From Escherichia phage vB_EcoM_SYGD1, in sequence record MW883059: DNA of 64,000 nucleotides; one strand, written 5' to 3'. A program made the translations under genes and the position numbers. The notes below the pieces were generated by a model. It saw only the letters and a program-made list of their open reading frames with translations. It searched no databases and was not told the origin of the DNA. Position 1 is the first letter of the stretch; the number at the start of each line of letters is the position of its first letter. Shown piece by piece: positions 9,666-20,749 of this stretch.

Positions 9666-9863
9666 ATGAAGCGTAAACGCAGTGCTTTTACATTTATGGA
9701 ATGGTTTTTCGATAATATTTTTCCGGCTTTATTCATTTTCATGCTGATTTTCGCCTTGGGGTCAGTTGTGGTTGGAATCTATTTGATGGCGGTTGTCGGA
9801 ATGGATATTCACCAAAATGGTTTAAAATCTGTGGTTGAAACAATTTGGAATGGTGTAAAATGA
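9666..9863 (+). CDS. small membrane protein (65 aa)
   Basis: GAGGAAAATATG start context; hydrophobic core. Confidence 0.45.
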   Translation: MKRKRSAFTFMEWFFDNIFPALFIFMLIFALGSVVVGIYLMAVVGMDIHQNGLKSVVETIWNGVK

Positions 9864-9970
9864 TGAATTTGCTGAGTGGTTGGTTTTATATTCTTATGTT
9901 TTACATTGGTGCAAATTTCCCATATTGGATGGGATGGTCAACAACTGCATTTGGATTTTATACTCCCTGA
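9860..9970 (+). CDS. small hydrophobic peptide (36 aa)
   Basis: ATGA overlap with upstream ORF; aromatic-rich transmembrane segment. Confidence 0.3.
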   Translation: MMNLLSGWFYILMFYIGANFPYWMGWSTTAFGFYTP

Positions 9971-9978
9971 GGTGAATT

Positions 9979-10194
9979 ATGAAAATTTTTAAAGATGTAA
10001 AGGTCGGTGAAATTTTTTGCTTAGATAATGGTGATCAGTTAATTCGTATTTCACCTCTTAAGAGCACTAGCGAGAAAATGACAGTTAACGCTACTTTAGC
10101 AAATAACAGTAATGAACGTTTCTGTATTGAAAATGATACTGAAACTTATACTGTAGAAGAATTCTGGGAATTAAGTGCCGACTGCGACGATTAA
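9979..10194 (+). CDS. hypothetical protein 71 aa
   Basis: ORF in ndd-proximal cluster. Confidence 0.5.
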   Translation: MKIFKDVKVGEIFCLDNGDQLIRISPLKSTSEKMTVNATLANNSNERFCIENDTETYTVEEFWELSADCDD

Positions 10195-10254
10195 TTTATC
10201 GGCCGTATGAATACATACGGCCTTGGAGTAGAAAATAATTTAGAGGAAATCAAT

Positions 10255-10698
10255 ATGAAATACATGACTGTTACTGATCTGAATAATGCAGGCGCAACTG
10301 TTATTGGTACAATCAAGGGCGGTGAATGGGTTTTTGGAACTCCGCATAAAGACATTTTGTCTAACCCTGGATTTTACTTTTTAGTAAGTGAATTCGATGG
10401 TTCATGCGTATCTGCACGATTTTATGTAGGTAATCAGCGTTCTAAGCAAGGATTCAGCGCAGTTCTAAGTCATATTCGTCAACGCCGGTCTCAGCTTGCG
10501 TGTACTATTGCAAATAACAATATGGTATACACAGTATTTTATCTGCCTGCTTCTAAGATGAAACCTCTGACGACAGGATTTGGAAAAGGTCAGTTAGCTT
10601 TGGCGTTTACTCGTAACCATCATTCTGAGTATCAAACGCTTGAAGAAATGAATCGTATGTTGGCTGATAACTTTAAATTTGTTTTGCAGGCATATTAA
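10255..10698 (+). CDS. ndd: nucleoid disruption protein Ndd
   Basis: Begins [25 protein letters not shown] as T4 Ndd; ORF track start 10207 is upstream in frame. Confidence 0.85.
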
Positions 10699-10778
10699 TG
10701 AGTAATTTCCACAACGAACACGTGATGCAGTTCTATCGTAACAATCTTAAAACCAAAGGCGTCTTCGGACGCCAGTGA
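10698..10778 (+). CDS. stp: Stp peptide (26 aa; host restriction/anticodon-nuclease modulator)
   Basis: Encodes [26 protein letters not shown], recognised as T4 Stp. Confidence 0.85.
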
Positions 10779-10785
10779 GGAAAAT

Positions 10786-10941
10786 ATGAATATTGCGAAA
10801 CTATTAGGAGTTATTTCATTTATTTGTTGGATAGTAGCATGTGTTTTAACTATCTGTATCGATGCTAGCAGTGTGTTTTCACAAGCTTTAGCCCAGGGTA
10901 TGTGTGCATATTTAACATTTGTGTTGTTATCTAATGATTAA
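10786..10941 (+). CDS. ac: 51-aa membrane protein, ac-like
   Basis: 51 aa as T4 Ac; position between stp and 52; hydrophobic. Confidence 0.55.
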   Translation: MNIAKLLGVISFICWIVACVLTICIDASSVFSQALAQGMCAYLTFVLLSND

Positions 10942-11074
10942 GAAAATCTTGGGCTACTCAGTAGCCCTTGCTGCTTTATTGGTAGCACTATATTATGGAG
11001 TAATGTTCGGATTAATTCAAGTCGTGCTTTTCATTTCTGATGTTATTATGGCACTACATTCACTAGTATGGTAA
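10934..11074 (+). CDS. small hydrophobic peptide (46 aa), 52.1-like by position
   Basis: Short transmembrane ORF directly upstream of gene 52. Confidence 0.35.
   Translation: MIKKILGYSVALAALLVALYYGVMFGLIQVVLFISDVIMALHSLVW
10970..10996 (+). promoter_or_regulatory. candidate MotA-dependent middle promoter for gene 52
   Basis: TGCTTTA 10972-10978, 12-nt spacer, TATTAT 10991-10996. Confidence 0.4.
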
Positions 11075-11078
11075 ATTT

Positions 11079-12407
11079 ATGCAACTGAATAATCGCGATT
11101 TAAAAAGTATCATTGATAATGAAGCATTGGCTTATGCTATGTACACGGTTGAAAATCGTGCTATTCCAAATATGATTGATGGATTTAAGCCAGTTCAACG
11201 ATTTGTTATTGCTCGAGCTCTTGATTTGGCGCGAGGAAATAAAGATAAGTTTCACAAACTCGCTTCTATTGCAGGTGGTGTAGCTGACCTTGGATATCAT
11301 CATGGTGAAAACTCCGCACAAGATGCGGGGGCTTTGATGGCTAACACTTGGAATAATAACTTTCCTTTGTTAGATGGTCAAGGAAACTTTGGTTCTCGTA
11401 CCGTTCAAAAAGCAGCAGCAAGTCGTTATATTTTTGCTCGTGTAAGTAAAAATTTCTATAGCGTATATAAAGATACTGAATATGCTCCGGTACATCAAGA
11501 TAAAGAACACATTCCGCCTGCTTTCTATTTGCCTATTATTCCTACCGTTCTTCTTAATGGTGTTTCCGGTATTGCAACTGGTTATGCAACTTACATTCTT
11601 CCTCATAGTGTTTCTTCTGTCAAGAAAGCTGTATTGCAAGCTCTTCAAGGAAAGAAAGTAACTAAACCGAAGGTAGAATTCCCAGAATTTCGTGGTGAAG
11701 TCGTTGAAATTGACGGTCAATATGAAATTCGTGGAACGTACAAGTTTACTTCACGAACTCAAATGAATATCACTGAGATTCCGTATAAGTATGATCGTGA
11801 AACTTATGTGAGTAAAATCTTAGACCCGCTTGAAGATAAAGGCTTCATTACGTGGGATGATGCTTGTGGTGAGCATGGCTTTGGCTTTAAAGTTAAATTC
11901 CGCAAAGAATACTCTTTGAGCGATAACGAAGAAGAACGTCACGCGAAAATTATGAAAGACTTCGGGTTGATTGAGCGTCGTTCCCAGAATATTACCGTTA
12001 TTAATGAGAAAGGAAAGCTGCAAGTTTACGACAACGTAGTTGATTTAATCAAAGACTTCGTTGAAGTTCGTAAAACTTATGTCCAAAAACGAATTGATAA
12101 CAAAATCAAAGAAACTGAATCAGCATTTCGTCTAGCCTTTGCCAAGGCACATTTCATTAAGAAAGTAATTTCAGGTGAAATTGTTGTGCAAGGTAAAACT
12201 CGTAAAGAACTGACCGAAGAACTTTCTAAAATTGATATGTATTCTTCTTATGTTGATAAACTAGTCGGAATGAATATTTTTCATATGACTTCCGACGAAG
12301 CAAAGAAACTTGCTGAAGAAGCTAAAGCTAAGAAAGAAGAAAACGAATATTGGAAAACTACTGATGTAGTTACCGAATACACTAAAGATTTAGAGGAAAT
12401 CAAATGA
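11079..12407 (+). CDS. 52: DNA topoisomerase II medium subunit (442 aa)
   Basis: Exact T4 gp52 length; GyrA-like N-terminal motif (FKPVQRFV). Confidence 0.92.
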   Translation: MQLNNRDLKSIIDNEALAYAMYTVENRAIPNMIDGFKPVQRFVIARALDLARGNKDKFHKLASIAGGVADLGYHHGENSAQDAGALMANTWNNNFPLLDGQGNFGSRTVQKAAASRYIFARVSKNFYSVYKDTEYAPVHQDKEHIPPAFYLPIIPTVLLNGVSGIATGYATYILPHSVSSVKKAVLQALQGKKVTKPKVEFPEFRGEVVEIDGQYEIRGTYKFTSRTQMNITEIPYKYDRETYVSKILDPLEDKGFITWDDACGEHGFGFKVKFRKEYSLSDNEEERHAKIMKDFGLIERRSQNITVINEKGKLQVYDNVVDLIKDFVEVRKTYVQKRIDNKIKETESAFRLAFAKAHFIKKVISGEIVVQGKTRKELTEELSKIDMYSSYVDKLVGMNIFHMTSDEAKKLAEEAKAKKEENEYWKTTDVVTEYTKDLEEIK

Positions 12408-12553
12408 GTCCATTCATAGGTATTACAAGCGCTGCATTAGTATCTGGTGGCATTTTACTAGCGGGTTTAGGTGTTGTTCCAGCTGTAGCAGGAGGTCTTC
12501 TTGCGTTCGGCATTCAACGTGTTATCATGACAGTTATCACAGTCATGCAGTAA
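12404..12553 (+). CDS. small membrane peptide (49 aa), motA.1-like by position
   Basis: Gly/Ala-rich transmembrane ORF overlapping 52 stop. Confidence 0.4.
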   Translation: MSPFIGITSAALVSGGILLAGLGVVPAVAGGLLAFGIQRVIMTVITVMQ

Positions 12554-12557
12554 TTTT

Positions 12558-12588
12558 AGGGAGAGCCGAGGCTCTCCCTTTTTATTTT
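12558..12588 (+). terminator. rho-independent terminator
   Basis: AGGGAGAGC-CGA-GGCTCTCCCT hairpin followed by TTTTTATTTT. Confidence 0.8.
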
Positions 12589-12607
12589 AAAATTTTTTCA
12601 CAAAACG

Positions 12608-12637
12608 GTTTACAACCAAAGCATACTGTGGTACTAT
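12608..12637 (+). promoter_or_regulatory. T4 early-type promoter for motA
   Basis: GTTTAC 12608-12613, TGTGGTACTAT -10; shared leader ACAACTATCAACTACTGATACAG. Confidence 0.6.
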
Positions 12638-12678
12638 ACAACTATCAACTACTGATACAGAATTACGGAGATTAGAAA

Positions 12679-13314
12679 ATGTCTAAAGTAACTTACATCA
12701 TCAAAGCTTCTAACGATGTTCTGAATGAAAAAACTGCTGCGATTTTAATTACCATTGCTAAGAAAGATTTCATTACAGCTGCAGAAGTTCGTGAGGTGCA
12801 TCCAGATTTAGGTAATGCAGTAGTTAATAGTAATATTGGGGTATTGATTAAAAAAGGCTTGGTGGAGAAATCTGGTGATGGATTAATCATTACTGGTGAA
12901 GCTCAGGATATTATTTCAAATGCAGCAACTTTATACGCACAGGAAAATGCTCCGGAACTACTGAAAAAACGAGCAACTCGTAAAGCTCGCGAAATTACTT
13001 CTGATATGGAAGAAGATAAAGACCTCATGCTAAAACTTTTAGATGAAAATGGATTTGTTCTTAAAAAGGTTGAAACTTATCGTAGTAACTATCTCGCTAT
13101 TTTAGAAAAACGCACTCACGGAATTCGTAATTTTGAAATTAACAACAATGGAAATATGCGAATTTTTGGATACAAAATGATGGAACATCATATCCAAAAA
13201 TTTACTGATATCGGTATGTCATGTAAAATCGCTAAAAACGGTAATGTGTATCTTGACATTAAACGCTCGGCAGAAAACATTGAAGCTGTAATCACCGTAG
13301 CATCTGAACTGTGA
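12679..13314 (+). CDS. motA: middle transcription activator MotA (211 aa)
   Basis: Exact length and recognisable T4 MotA sequence. Confidence 0.9.
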   Translation: MSKVTYIIKASNDVLNEKTAAILITIAKKDFITAAEVREVHPDLGNAVVNSNIGVLIKKGLVEKSGDGLIITGEAQDIISNAATLYAQENAPELLKKRATRKAREITSDMEEDKDLMLKLLDENGFVLKKVETYRSNYLAILEKRTHGIRNFEINNNGNMRIFGYKMMEHHIQKFTDIGMSCKIAKNGNVYLDIKRSAENIEAVITVASEL

Positions 13315-13324
13315 GGAATAAATA

Positions 13325-13654
13325 ATGAACAAGTTAGAAATTATCAATGAACTCCGTCGCTGTGCAGAACCCACCCAAGAGGGGTGGGATATCTGGTACC
13401 ACGGAGCTTATCTTGGAACTATCGTAAAGATTAAGACTGGCAAATACATGATTATTCGTGAAAGTAAAGATGCTCCAGTAGGTATTCGCAATAATTTCAT
13501 GGCAGCGATAAGTTCCTTTACGGATTCAGCTTACGAAATTTACCTTGCTGATTATAAAGAATTCCAGGAATCTCAACCAGTTATTCGCTCAATTGGTGTT
13601 AACAAAGCTCAACAGAAAACTTTGTGGCAGCGTATCAAAGGATGGTTTAAATGA
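13325..13654 (+). CDS. hypothetical protein 109 aa
   Basis: ORF in motA-asiA interval. Confidence 0.5.
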   Translation: MNKLEIINELRRCAEPTQEGWDIWYHGAYLGTIVKIKTGKYMIIRESKDAPVGIRNNFMAAISSFTDSAYEIYLADYKEFQESQPVIRSIGVNKAQQKTLWQRIKGWFK

Positions 13655-13917
13655 ATCCATTTATTAATCGTTTAAAAATGTTGAATGTTCCTTTATCTCG
13701 TGAGACTCCAGAAAGTCTTGTTGAAAAATTTAAAGCGCATGGTTATAAATGTACAGAAGAAGATATTCTTACAGAAGTTCCGGAAATCTGTTGGCAGACC
13801 GCATACTGGGATGAAAACCAAAAGTACCAACGACGGATTGTTTGCGCAGCCAACCGTTTTAGATTAAAAGATGGACGAACTCTTATTATTCCGGGTGCTC
13901 GTCATTATTCTATGTAG
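13651..13917 (+). CDS. hypothetical protein 88 aa
   Basis: ATGA-coupled ORF. Confidence 0.5.
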   Translation: MNPFINRLKMLNVPLSRETPESLVEKFKAHGYKCTEEDILTEVPEICWQTAYWDENQKYQRRIVCAANRFRLKDGRTLIIPGARHYSM

Positions 13918-14089
13918 TTAAACCTCAATTAGTTACTCAGCAAGTTTGTGATGATGACCAAGGGTTTATTGATCAATATAGTAATTATTGGACACGTGAA
14001 GAAGCAATGATTATTGCAACTTACGCTGGACAAGTACGTATTGAACGTGGTGGTAGTGAAAAAGAACTTTACTCTGAGGACCTTTACTA

Positions 14090-14386
14090 ATGAATATTAA
14101 AAAGTTTCAAATTGATGGAATTATGAATCAAATCCAGGCATTGGAATATGCCAATAAAATGATGTCAACCAAATGGGGAATTTATGCCAATGAACCGGCA
14201 TTTCAGTTCTGTAATATGGAATTCACTAAAAAGCTCGTAGGAAAAGATTATGTATGTCCATTTAGTTCCCCAATAAATGGAATGCTAAAGCCGGCTTTAC
14301 GCGATCTTTATATTGCGATGAACGAAGAAATGATAAAAGAACTAAAACGTCAACTGAAGGTGATTCAATTTGGCCAGGGAAATTAA
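14090..14386 (+). CDS. hypothetical protein 98 aa
   Basis: ORF, TAATG coupling to an upstream short ORF. Confidence 0.5.
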   Translation: MNIKKFQIDGIMNQIQALEYANKMMSTKWGIYANEPAFQFCNMEFTKKLVGKDYVCPFSSPINGMLKPALRDLYIAMNEEMIKELKRQLKVIQFGQGN

Positions 14387-14588
14387 TTCAAAATCCGATT
14401 ATTTTAACTCTCTCAATGATAAAGATAAAAATCTAATACGGCATTTTATTGTTGAGATGGGATATACTGATACACGTGATTTAAGAGAACATATATTTGA
14501 ATGTGGTGTAGCTAAAAAGTTTTCATTCACATGCAAATGTTTAAGAGAGGTAATTCAGCATTATGAACAATTTAGTCGCAAAACATAA
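14370..14588 (+). CDS. hypothetical protein 72 aa
   Basis: ORF. Confidence 0.45.
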   Translation: MAREINSKSDYFNSLNDKDKNLIRHFIVEMGYTDTRDLREHIFECGVAKKFSFTCKCLREVIQHYEQFSRKT

Positions 14589-14671
14589 TTTTAATAGAGC
14601 TTCTGTCCATAAAGATAAGAAGAAAGCGTTTAAAGAATCTAATCGCAAACAGAAACATAAGGGGAAGGTCT

Positions 14672-14950
14672 ATGATTATTGATTCTCAATCTGTAGTTCA
14701 ATATACAATAAAAATTGATATTCTAGAAAAGCTATATAAGTTTCTACCAAATTTATACCACTCAATTGTTAATGAATTAGTTGAAGAACTACATCTCGAG
14801 AATAATGATTTCTTGGTTGGAACTTATAAAGACCTCTCAAAAGCAGGATATTTTTACGTAATTCCAGCTCCAGGAAAAAGTATTGATGATGTATTAAAAA
14901 CTATAATGATTTACGTCCATGATTACGAAATTGAAGATTATTTCGAATGA
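14672..14950 (+). CDS. 92-aa acidic protein, Arn-like by size and position
   Basis: Same length as T4 Arn and located just upstream of asiA; sequence not independently recognised. Confidence 0.4.
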   Translation: MIIDSQSVVQYTIKIDILEKLYKFLPNLYHSIVNELVEELHLENNDFLVGTYKDLSKAGYFYVIPAPGKSIDDVLKTIMIYVHDYEIEDYFE

Positions 14951-15111
14951 GTCATAATCTTGAAAAGGTAATCGAGCATAATGTAGCTCAGGAACGCGAG
15001 TCGTTCAAGGAATTCGTAGAAAAAATTTTTGAAGAAAATAACACAGACCAGTTTACAAATCAAGTGTCTGATGATATTATAATAAAGTCAACTAATTGAG
15101 TGGTATAGTTA

Positions 15112-15384
15112 ATGAATAAAAACATTGATACAGTTCGTGAAATTATTACTGTTGCGTCTATTTTGATTAAATTTTCCAGAGAAGATATTGTTGAGAATCG
15201 TGCTAATTTTATCGCATTTCTGAATGAGATTGGAGTAACGCATGAAGGTAGAAAGTTAAATCAGAATTCATTCCGTAAAATTGTTTCTGAATTAACCCAA
15301 GAAGATAAGAAAACCCTCATCGACGAATTCAACGAGGGTTTTGAGGGTGTATATCGATATCTAGAGATGTATACAAACAAATAA
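15112..15384 (+). CDS. asiA: anti-sigma70 factor AsiA (90 aa)
   Basis: MNKNIDTVREIITVASILIKFSREDIVENRANFIAFLNEIGVTHEGRKLNQ recognised as T4 AsiA. Confidence 0.93.
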   Translation: MNKNIDTVREIITVASILIKFSREDIVENRANFIAFLNEIGVTHEGRKLNQNSFRKIVSELTQEDKKTLIDEFNEGFEGVYRYLEMYTNK

Positions 15385-16041
15385 TTATTTAGCCCTTCCT
15401 AATATTCTGGCCGCCTGAGAACATATTGATTCAAGGCGGTCATTACTTATATGATCATTTCTATACCAGTACATGGTTATTGTTCCAGCATAGATATTAT
15501 CCAAATTGAAATATGGACAACTGTACATGTAATTTATTTCGGGAGTAGGCTTTTTAGTTGGCAAAAAAGCAAATTTTGAGTCGGAATAATAATGACGTCC
15601 ATTTAAATGAACTGTATATTCATCCATAGTTTTATCAACAGGATATCCTCCAAGTGATTTTTCGCTTATTGTTGAAGGTAATTTTCCTTCATATGCTATA
15701 ATATCAACAAAATAGTTTAAGTTTTTAGGGCGGAAAGAATACACCGCACTAAAGTCTGCCTCAGATGATATATGAACTATCTGGAGTTGTTCCAGGGCGA
15801 CAGATTCAAAGCGTGCAGTTCTTTCCTTTTCAATAATTTCACTGTATGTTTCATACTTTGATTGCTTATAGTACTCAAAGAAACTATCTCCCCTATACCA
15901 AACAATCGCCATCATAAATAAAAGAATTACGACAGCTACTCGGGAAGCAAGAACTTTCCCGGTAGCGTTATCTTTGAACAAGCGATCTAGAACACCCAAC
16001 AGAATATCAGAGGGCGAAAATGATATTCTAGGTGCTGCCAT
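15385..16041 (-). CDS. t: holin T (218 aa)
   Basis: Exact T4 holin length; N-terminal TMD and large periplasmic domain; adjacent to gene 38. Confidence 0.9.
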   Translation of the reverse strand: MAAPRISFSPSDILLGVLDRLFKDNATGKVLASRVAVVILLFMMAIVWYRGDSFFEYYKQSKYETYSEIIEKERTARFESVALEQLQIVHISSEADFSAVYSFRPKNLNYFVDIIAYEGKLPSTISEKSLGGYPVDKTMDEYTVHLNGRHYYSDSKFAFLPTKKPTPEINYMYSCPYFNLDNIYAGTITMYWYRNDHISNDRLESICSQAARILGRAK

Positions 16042-16071
16042 AGACCCTCCTTTTAAGGATATTTATTCAAA

Positions 16072-16860
<789 letters not shown>

Positions 16861-19800
16861 TTATACTCCAAAGAGAGGCGTTTTCAATTCTTTAATTTCT
16901 TCACTCATTTCCTGAATAGCCTTAATTAAAAGCGCGTTCACAGCAGAGTTAGAAATTGTTAAAATTTCTTCTGGGTTATCCTGAGATCCGACACTAGAAG
17001 TGCTAACAGCTTCCGGTAATACTTCTTGCAAATCCTGTGCGATAATACCAATCTCATGGCCGATAACTTCGCGGTCAGAAAGAGATTTAACTTTATCATA
17101 GGTTTTAACTTTGAGTTTATTTACCTTATCCACCGCATTCTCTTCGTAGTCTTCAACATTAATTTTCAGACGACGGTCAGAACGAATATAAACGTCGTTA
17201 CAATATACAGCAGCACCAGCAGTAAAATCACCGTTAAATGCAAATGCATAATCATTCCCACCCACATGCAATGCAACATGAGGATTACCACCGCCAGCAT
17301 GAACACCCATCGCCGCAAGGTGCTGTTCGCCCCAATGAGTAGCTTTCCAAATGTTATATGCTTGATTTCGTGAGTCCTGACAGTCTACCAACAATCCAGC
17401 CGGACGCGCTCTCCAGTCTACCCATGCACCACCGGAAATATCACCACGGATAAGAGCGTATTCACTATTATATGGAACACGCTCTCCCGCTTTAATCATT
17501 GCACCCTGAAAGTGATGACTAAATGAACCCCCATGATTATTTCGTATATGTAAAATACCATCATCTGTAGCCCAGATAACAGCCTTTTCTGCCTCGCTAT
17601 CATCTCTAAACCAGATATGGCGAGCACCAGCAGAGTTTTTGATAGTGATCCCGCTAGATCCATGCACGGTAAAAGTGCCAGCAACATCAAACATCAAACT
17701 GTTATCTGTCTTGCGTTCTGTATAGAAGTGATAACCTTTGGAATCACCGACTTCCATCACTGCCGAGCGACCAACTTCTGAATTTCCCCAATTATTGATA
17801 TGGAATCGTTCAGAGCTATTATTCATCTGATTTAGGTATAATGCACCATCAGTAAATGTTTCGCCAAAGAAACGAGTTTTAATTGCACCTGTCGCTAAAG
17901 TACGTTCAGTGGAAAAATGAGCGCCTTGACTATCTTCTAACTGGATGATGTTATCACGAGCATTATTACTATCACCCCAATGGTTAAATTTAAAATAATC
18001 TCGTGATCCTAAACGTCCGGCGTCAAAAGTCATCACGCCTTTCATGTTAATATCACCGTCGACCAGAACATTATCCGGGAAGTTAACAGTACCGTCTTGA
18101 TTAAAACGAGACGTATGGCCTTGTGAACCATCTTCTTTCAGATGATGAATAACGAATGTACCTGAACTAATCTCAGTACCTAAAGACCAAACGGCTTTAC
18201 CATTTAAAAACTTCTGTTTAACAATAGGATAATATTTGCTTATAGCATCATCATCAATTTCCTGGAAAATAGGAGCCGCTTGAGCATATTGAATGTCATA
18301 ACCACCAGCGCCTGCGCCATGACCAGTAAATTTAATATAGCCGTTTGCTGCGAACGTATTGTAACTTGATTGTAAATCTGGAATAGTAACTTTACCGGTA
18401 TCTAAAGCCATACTAAACGGGCGAAGTGGACCGATATCGCCATGTTTACCTTCACCATAAGCAGTTGGAATAATATGAAGACTGTTTTCTGAGCGACGGA
18501 AAATAGCTCCATAATCTGCGTTCCAAATGCGAAGCGCATTCACTGCTCCAGATGAAATTTCGCCTGTTGTGTGAACTCCTCTATTTCCAGCAGTAACACC
18601 AGATGATTCAAATGAACCATTGACGTTCATTTCTACTTCACCAGTAGTAAGTCTTTGAATATAACTCATCCAACTAGTTGCGTCAGAAATTTCCATAACG
18701 TTTTTACGATTACCTACACTAGGATTAGTAAACGTATTACCCCATACAGAAATTGTCATATTATCAACTGAGCTGCTACCAGTTGTGTTACCTCTAAACA
18801 TCAGTGTAGAAGCATTATTACGTCCATCAATATTAACCGAACCACCAATAACGTCAATATTGCCTGGAGTAACTAACAAACCGCCATGAGTATTAATGTT
18901 TGTAGTACCCTTACCGCGGAAATAATGATGATAGTTACCGCCTTGATAATATCCCAAAAGAGTCTGACCATCTCCAAACGCGTTATTATCGTGATAAGTA
19001 ACTACAGTTGCAAGAGCATAATTTTCAGTTGGAGGAGTAGTCAAATCAGTACCATTTACAGAATAACCCATAACCATTTTTCTAAGGCTAGTGGTTTCCG
19101 CCGGACCAGAAAGGAAAGTTTTTGTACCGTTGTTTACCGTAAAAAAATATCCATCCTGGTGCCATTTTAACCCGGTGTCATTATCACCAAGAGCAATTGA
19201 TGCAGTTCCTAATTCAGAATATCCTTTATTGCCACCAGGAGTACCAACAGAAATAGAATGACCGGCTTTCAATCCACCGGCCCAGTTAAACGACCAAAGA
19301 TAAGTGTCTAAGCCATCTCCGGAATACCAGGTTATTCCGTCATTAACATTAACTTCATGGAATATACCAGATCCTACGGCATTTCGCATAACACGGAGGT
19401 GGTTAATAGCCGTTTCGCTTTCTGCCAATGGAGTGTTATTTGATAATGAAGATATATCATAATCGCTCGTAGATTTATTATTAGTAATAACTCTATTTGT
19501 CAAAATCTGAGGAGTTGACATAGATTTCCATGCTGATACTTCAGGTGAAGTAAATAGGCCACTGCCTGAAAATGCATAGGTGCTTTCATCACCAGCGGCG
19601 TAGTCTTTAACGCGGATATTAACTACTTGCGTAGTTAATCCATCATTAGCCGGGGCATAAATGATTCCACGTTCACGATCAGCTGAATCATGAAAACGAA
19701 CATGTGCTGTACCTGAACTTTTTGTAATAAGTTCTCCGCCTTCGGTCATAATCTGCCCGGCGGCAATAATATCGCGAGTTACTCGAGCAATACCAGTTAA

Positions 19801-20061
19801 ATTAAAATTACCTGTCTGAGTGAAAGTGCCATTTAAAGTATAATCACCAGTTTGATTATAGTTTCCTGTATGAATAACATTCCCGTCAATGCTACCGCCT
19901 TTAGCAAAACCCAGATCAATAATATTTCCTTGGTCGTCTTTAGTAAAAAGTACGCGGTCTTTTAAGTTTATAGCCAATTCACCTTCGGCTAATACTGAAG
20001 CGGCAGGACGGGCTCCTGCAGTTTTGCTTCTTTTAAATTGTATTTGTTTTAAAGTAGCCAT
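16861..20061 (-). CDS. 37: long tail fibre distal subunit gp37 (1066 aa) with C-terminal intramolecular-chaperone-like domain
   Basis: Synteny 34-35-36-37-38; C-terminal ~106 aa begin SDRRLKINVEDY and contain IGIIAQDLQEVLPEAV. Confidence 0.88.
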   Translation of the reverse strand: MATLKQIQFKRSKTAGARPAASVLAEGELAINLKDRVLFTKDDQGNIIDLGFAKGGSIDGNVIHTGNYNQTGDYTLNGTFTQTGNFNLTGIARVTRDIIAAGQIMTEGGELITKSSGTAHVRFHDSADRERGIIYAPANDGLTTQVVNIRVKDYAAGDESTYAFSGSGLFTSPEVSAWKSMSTPQILTNRVITNNKSTSDYDISSLSNNTPLAESETAINHLRVMRNAVGSGIFHEVNVNDGITWYSGDGLDTYLWSFNWAGGLKAGHSISVGTPGGNKGYSELGTASIALGDNDTGLKWHQDGYFFTVNNGTKTFLSGPAETTSLRKMVMGYSVNGTDLTTPPTENYALATVVTYHDNNAFGDGQTLLGYYQGGNYHHYFRGKGTTNINTHGGLLVTPGNIDVIGGSVNIDGRNNASTLMFRGNTTGSSSVDNMTISVWGNTFTNPSVGNRKNVMEISDATSWMSYIQRLTTGEVEMNVNGSFESSGVTAGNRGVHTTGEISSGAVNALRIWNADYGAIFRRSENSLHIIPTAYGEGKHGDIGPLRPFSMALDTGKVTIPDLQSSYNTFAANGYIKFTGHGAGAGGYDIQYAQAAPIFQEIDDDAISKYYPIVKQKFLNGKAVWSLGTEISSGTFVIHHLKEDGSQGHTSRFNQDGTVNFPDNVLVDGDINMKGVMTFDAGRLGSRDYFKFNHWGDSNNARDNIIQLEDSQGAHFSTERTLATGAIKTRFFGETFTDGALYLNQMNNSSERFHINNWGNSEVGRSAVMEVGDSKGYHFYTERKTDNSLMFDVAGTFTVHGSSGITIKNSAGARHIWFRDDSEAEKAVIWATDDGILHIRNNHGGSFSHHFQGAMIKAGERVPYNSEYALIRGDISGGAWVDWRARPAGLLVDCQDSRNQAYNIWKATHWGEQHLAAMGVHAGGGNPHVALHVGGNDYAFAFNGDFTAGAAVYCNDVYIRSDRRLKINVEDYEENAVDKVNKLKVKTYDKVKSLSDREVIGHEIGIIAQDLQEVLPEAVSTSSVGSQDNPEEILTISNSAVNALLIKAIQEMSEEIKELKTPLFGV

Positions 20062-20069
20062 AAGTCCTC

Positions 20070-20726
20070 TTAATAATAGCCGAAATCTTGAACAGAATCC
20101 TTAATAACAATTTGATCAAATCGTGGAACATGCGAAGGTTGAGATGCAGGATTCTGTGAAAAAAGGTTTGGCGCAGTTAAATTTCCTGTCATAGTATCTC
20201 CAGAGCGTAATACTCTAGAGTTTGCGTTTGCTGTAACAATATTTATTGCTCCATCAACATAATCTTTCCGTGTAAGGTCATAATTATTTACTGGAGATAA
20301 TGAAGCTGCGCGTATTTGTGATGCTTCAATTACACCCTTTGAGCTAATATCTCCATTTCGCGTGTTAATTACTACAGTTCTACCTGCTGTTCCTTGTGAT
20401 GATTTAAAACCAATACCATACCACGAAACAATATCCATATTTGTAGTATCATACGTGGCATTATCACCAGGACCAGCAAAAATACCATTGTCACCTGACC
20501 CTGCACCAGGAACAGTCATTCCTTTGTTAAAAATTACTTTATTTAAATACGTACCACCATTAGCTTTAGAAACGAAATCGTTATCAGCAGCTTGTGGTTT
20601 ATTGTATTCTGAATATATTTTAAATGATTTATAGAGTACATCGTCACCGGCTGGATTCAATGGAAAATTTCCTTGATGCCAAATGACAGAGCCTCCAGTT
20701 GTTGAACCTACTTTTAAATCAGCCAT
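20070..20726 (-). CDS. 36: long tail fibre distal connector gp36
   Basis: 218 aa vs T4 221 aa; synteny. Confidence 0.85.
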   Translation of the reverse strand: MADLKVGSTTGGSVIWHQGNFPLNPAGDDVLYKSFKIYSEYNKPQAADNDFVSKANGGTYLNKVIFNKGMTVPGAGSGDNGIFAGPGDNATYDTTNMDIVSWYGIGFKSSQGTAGRTVVINTRNGDISSKGVIEASQIRAASLSPVNNYDLTRKDYVDGAINIVTANANSRVLRSGDTMTGNLTAPNLFSQNPASQPSHVPRFDQIVIKDSVQDFGYY

Positions 20727-20749
20727 TGTATGCCCCTTTATTTTAATAG

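Noticed and set aside
13685-13867. 60-aa alternative-frame plus-strand ORF
   Set aside because: Entirely nested in another frame of the 13651-13917 ORF; basic low-complexity translation; likely a frame artefact.
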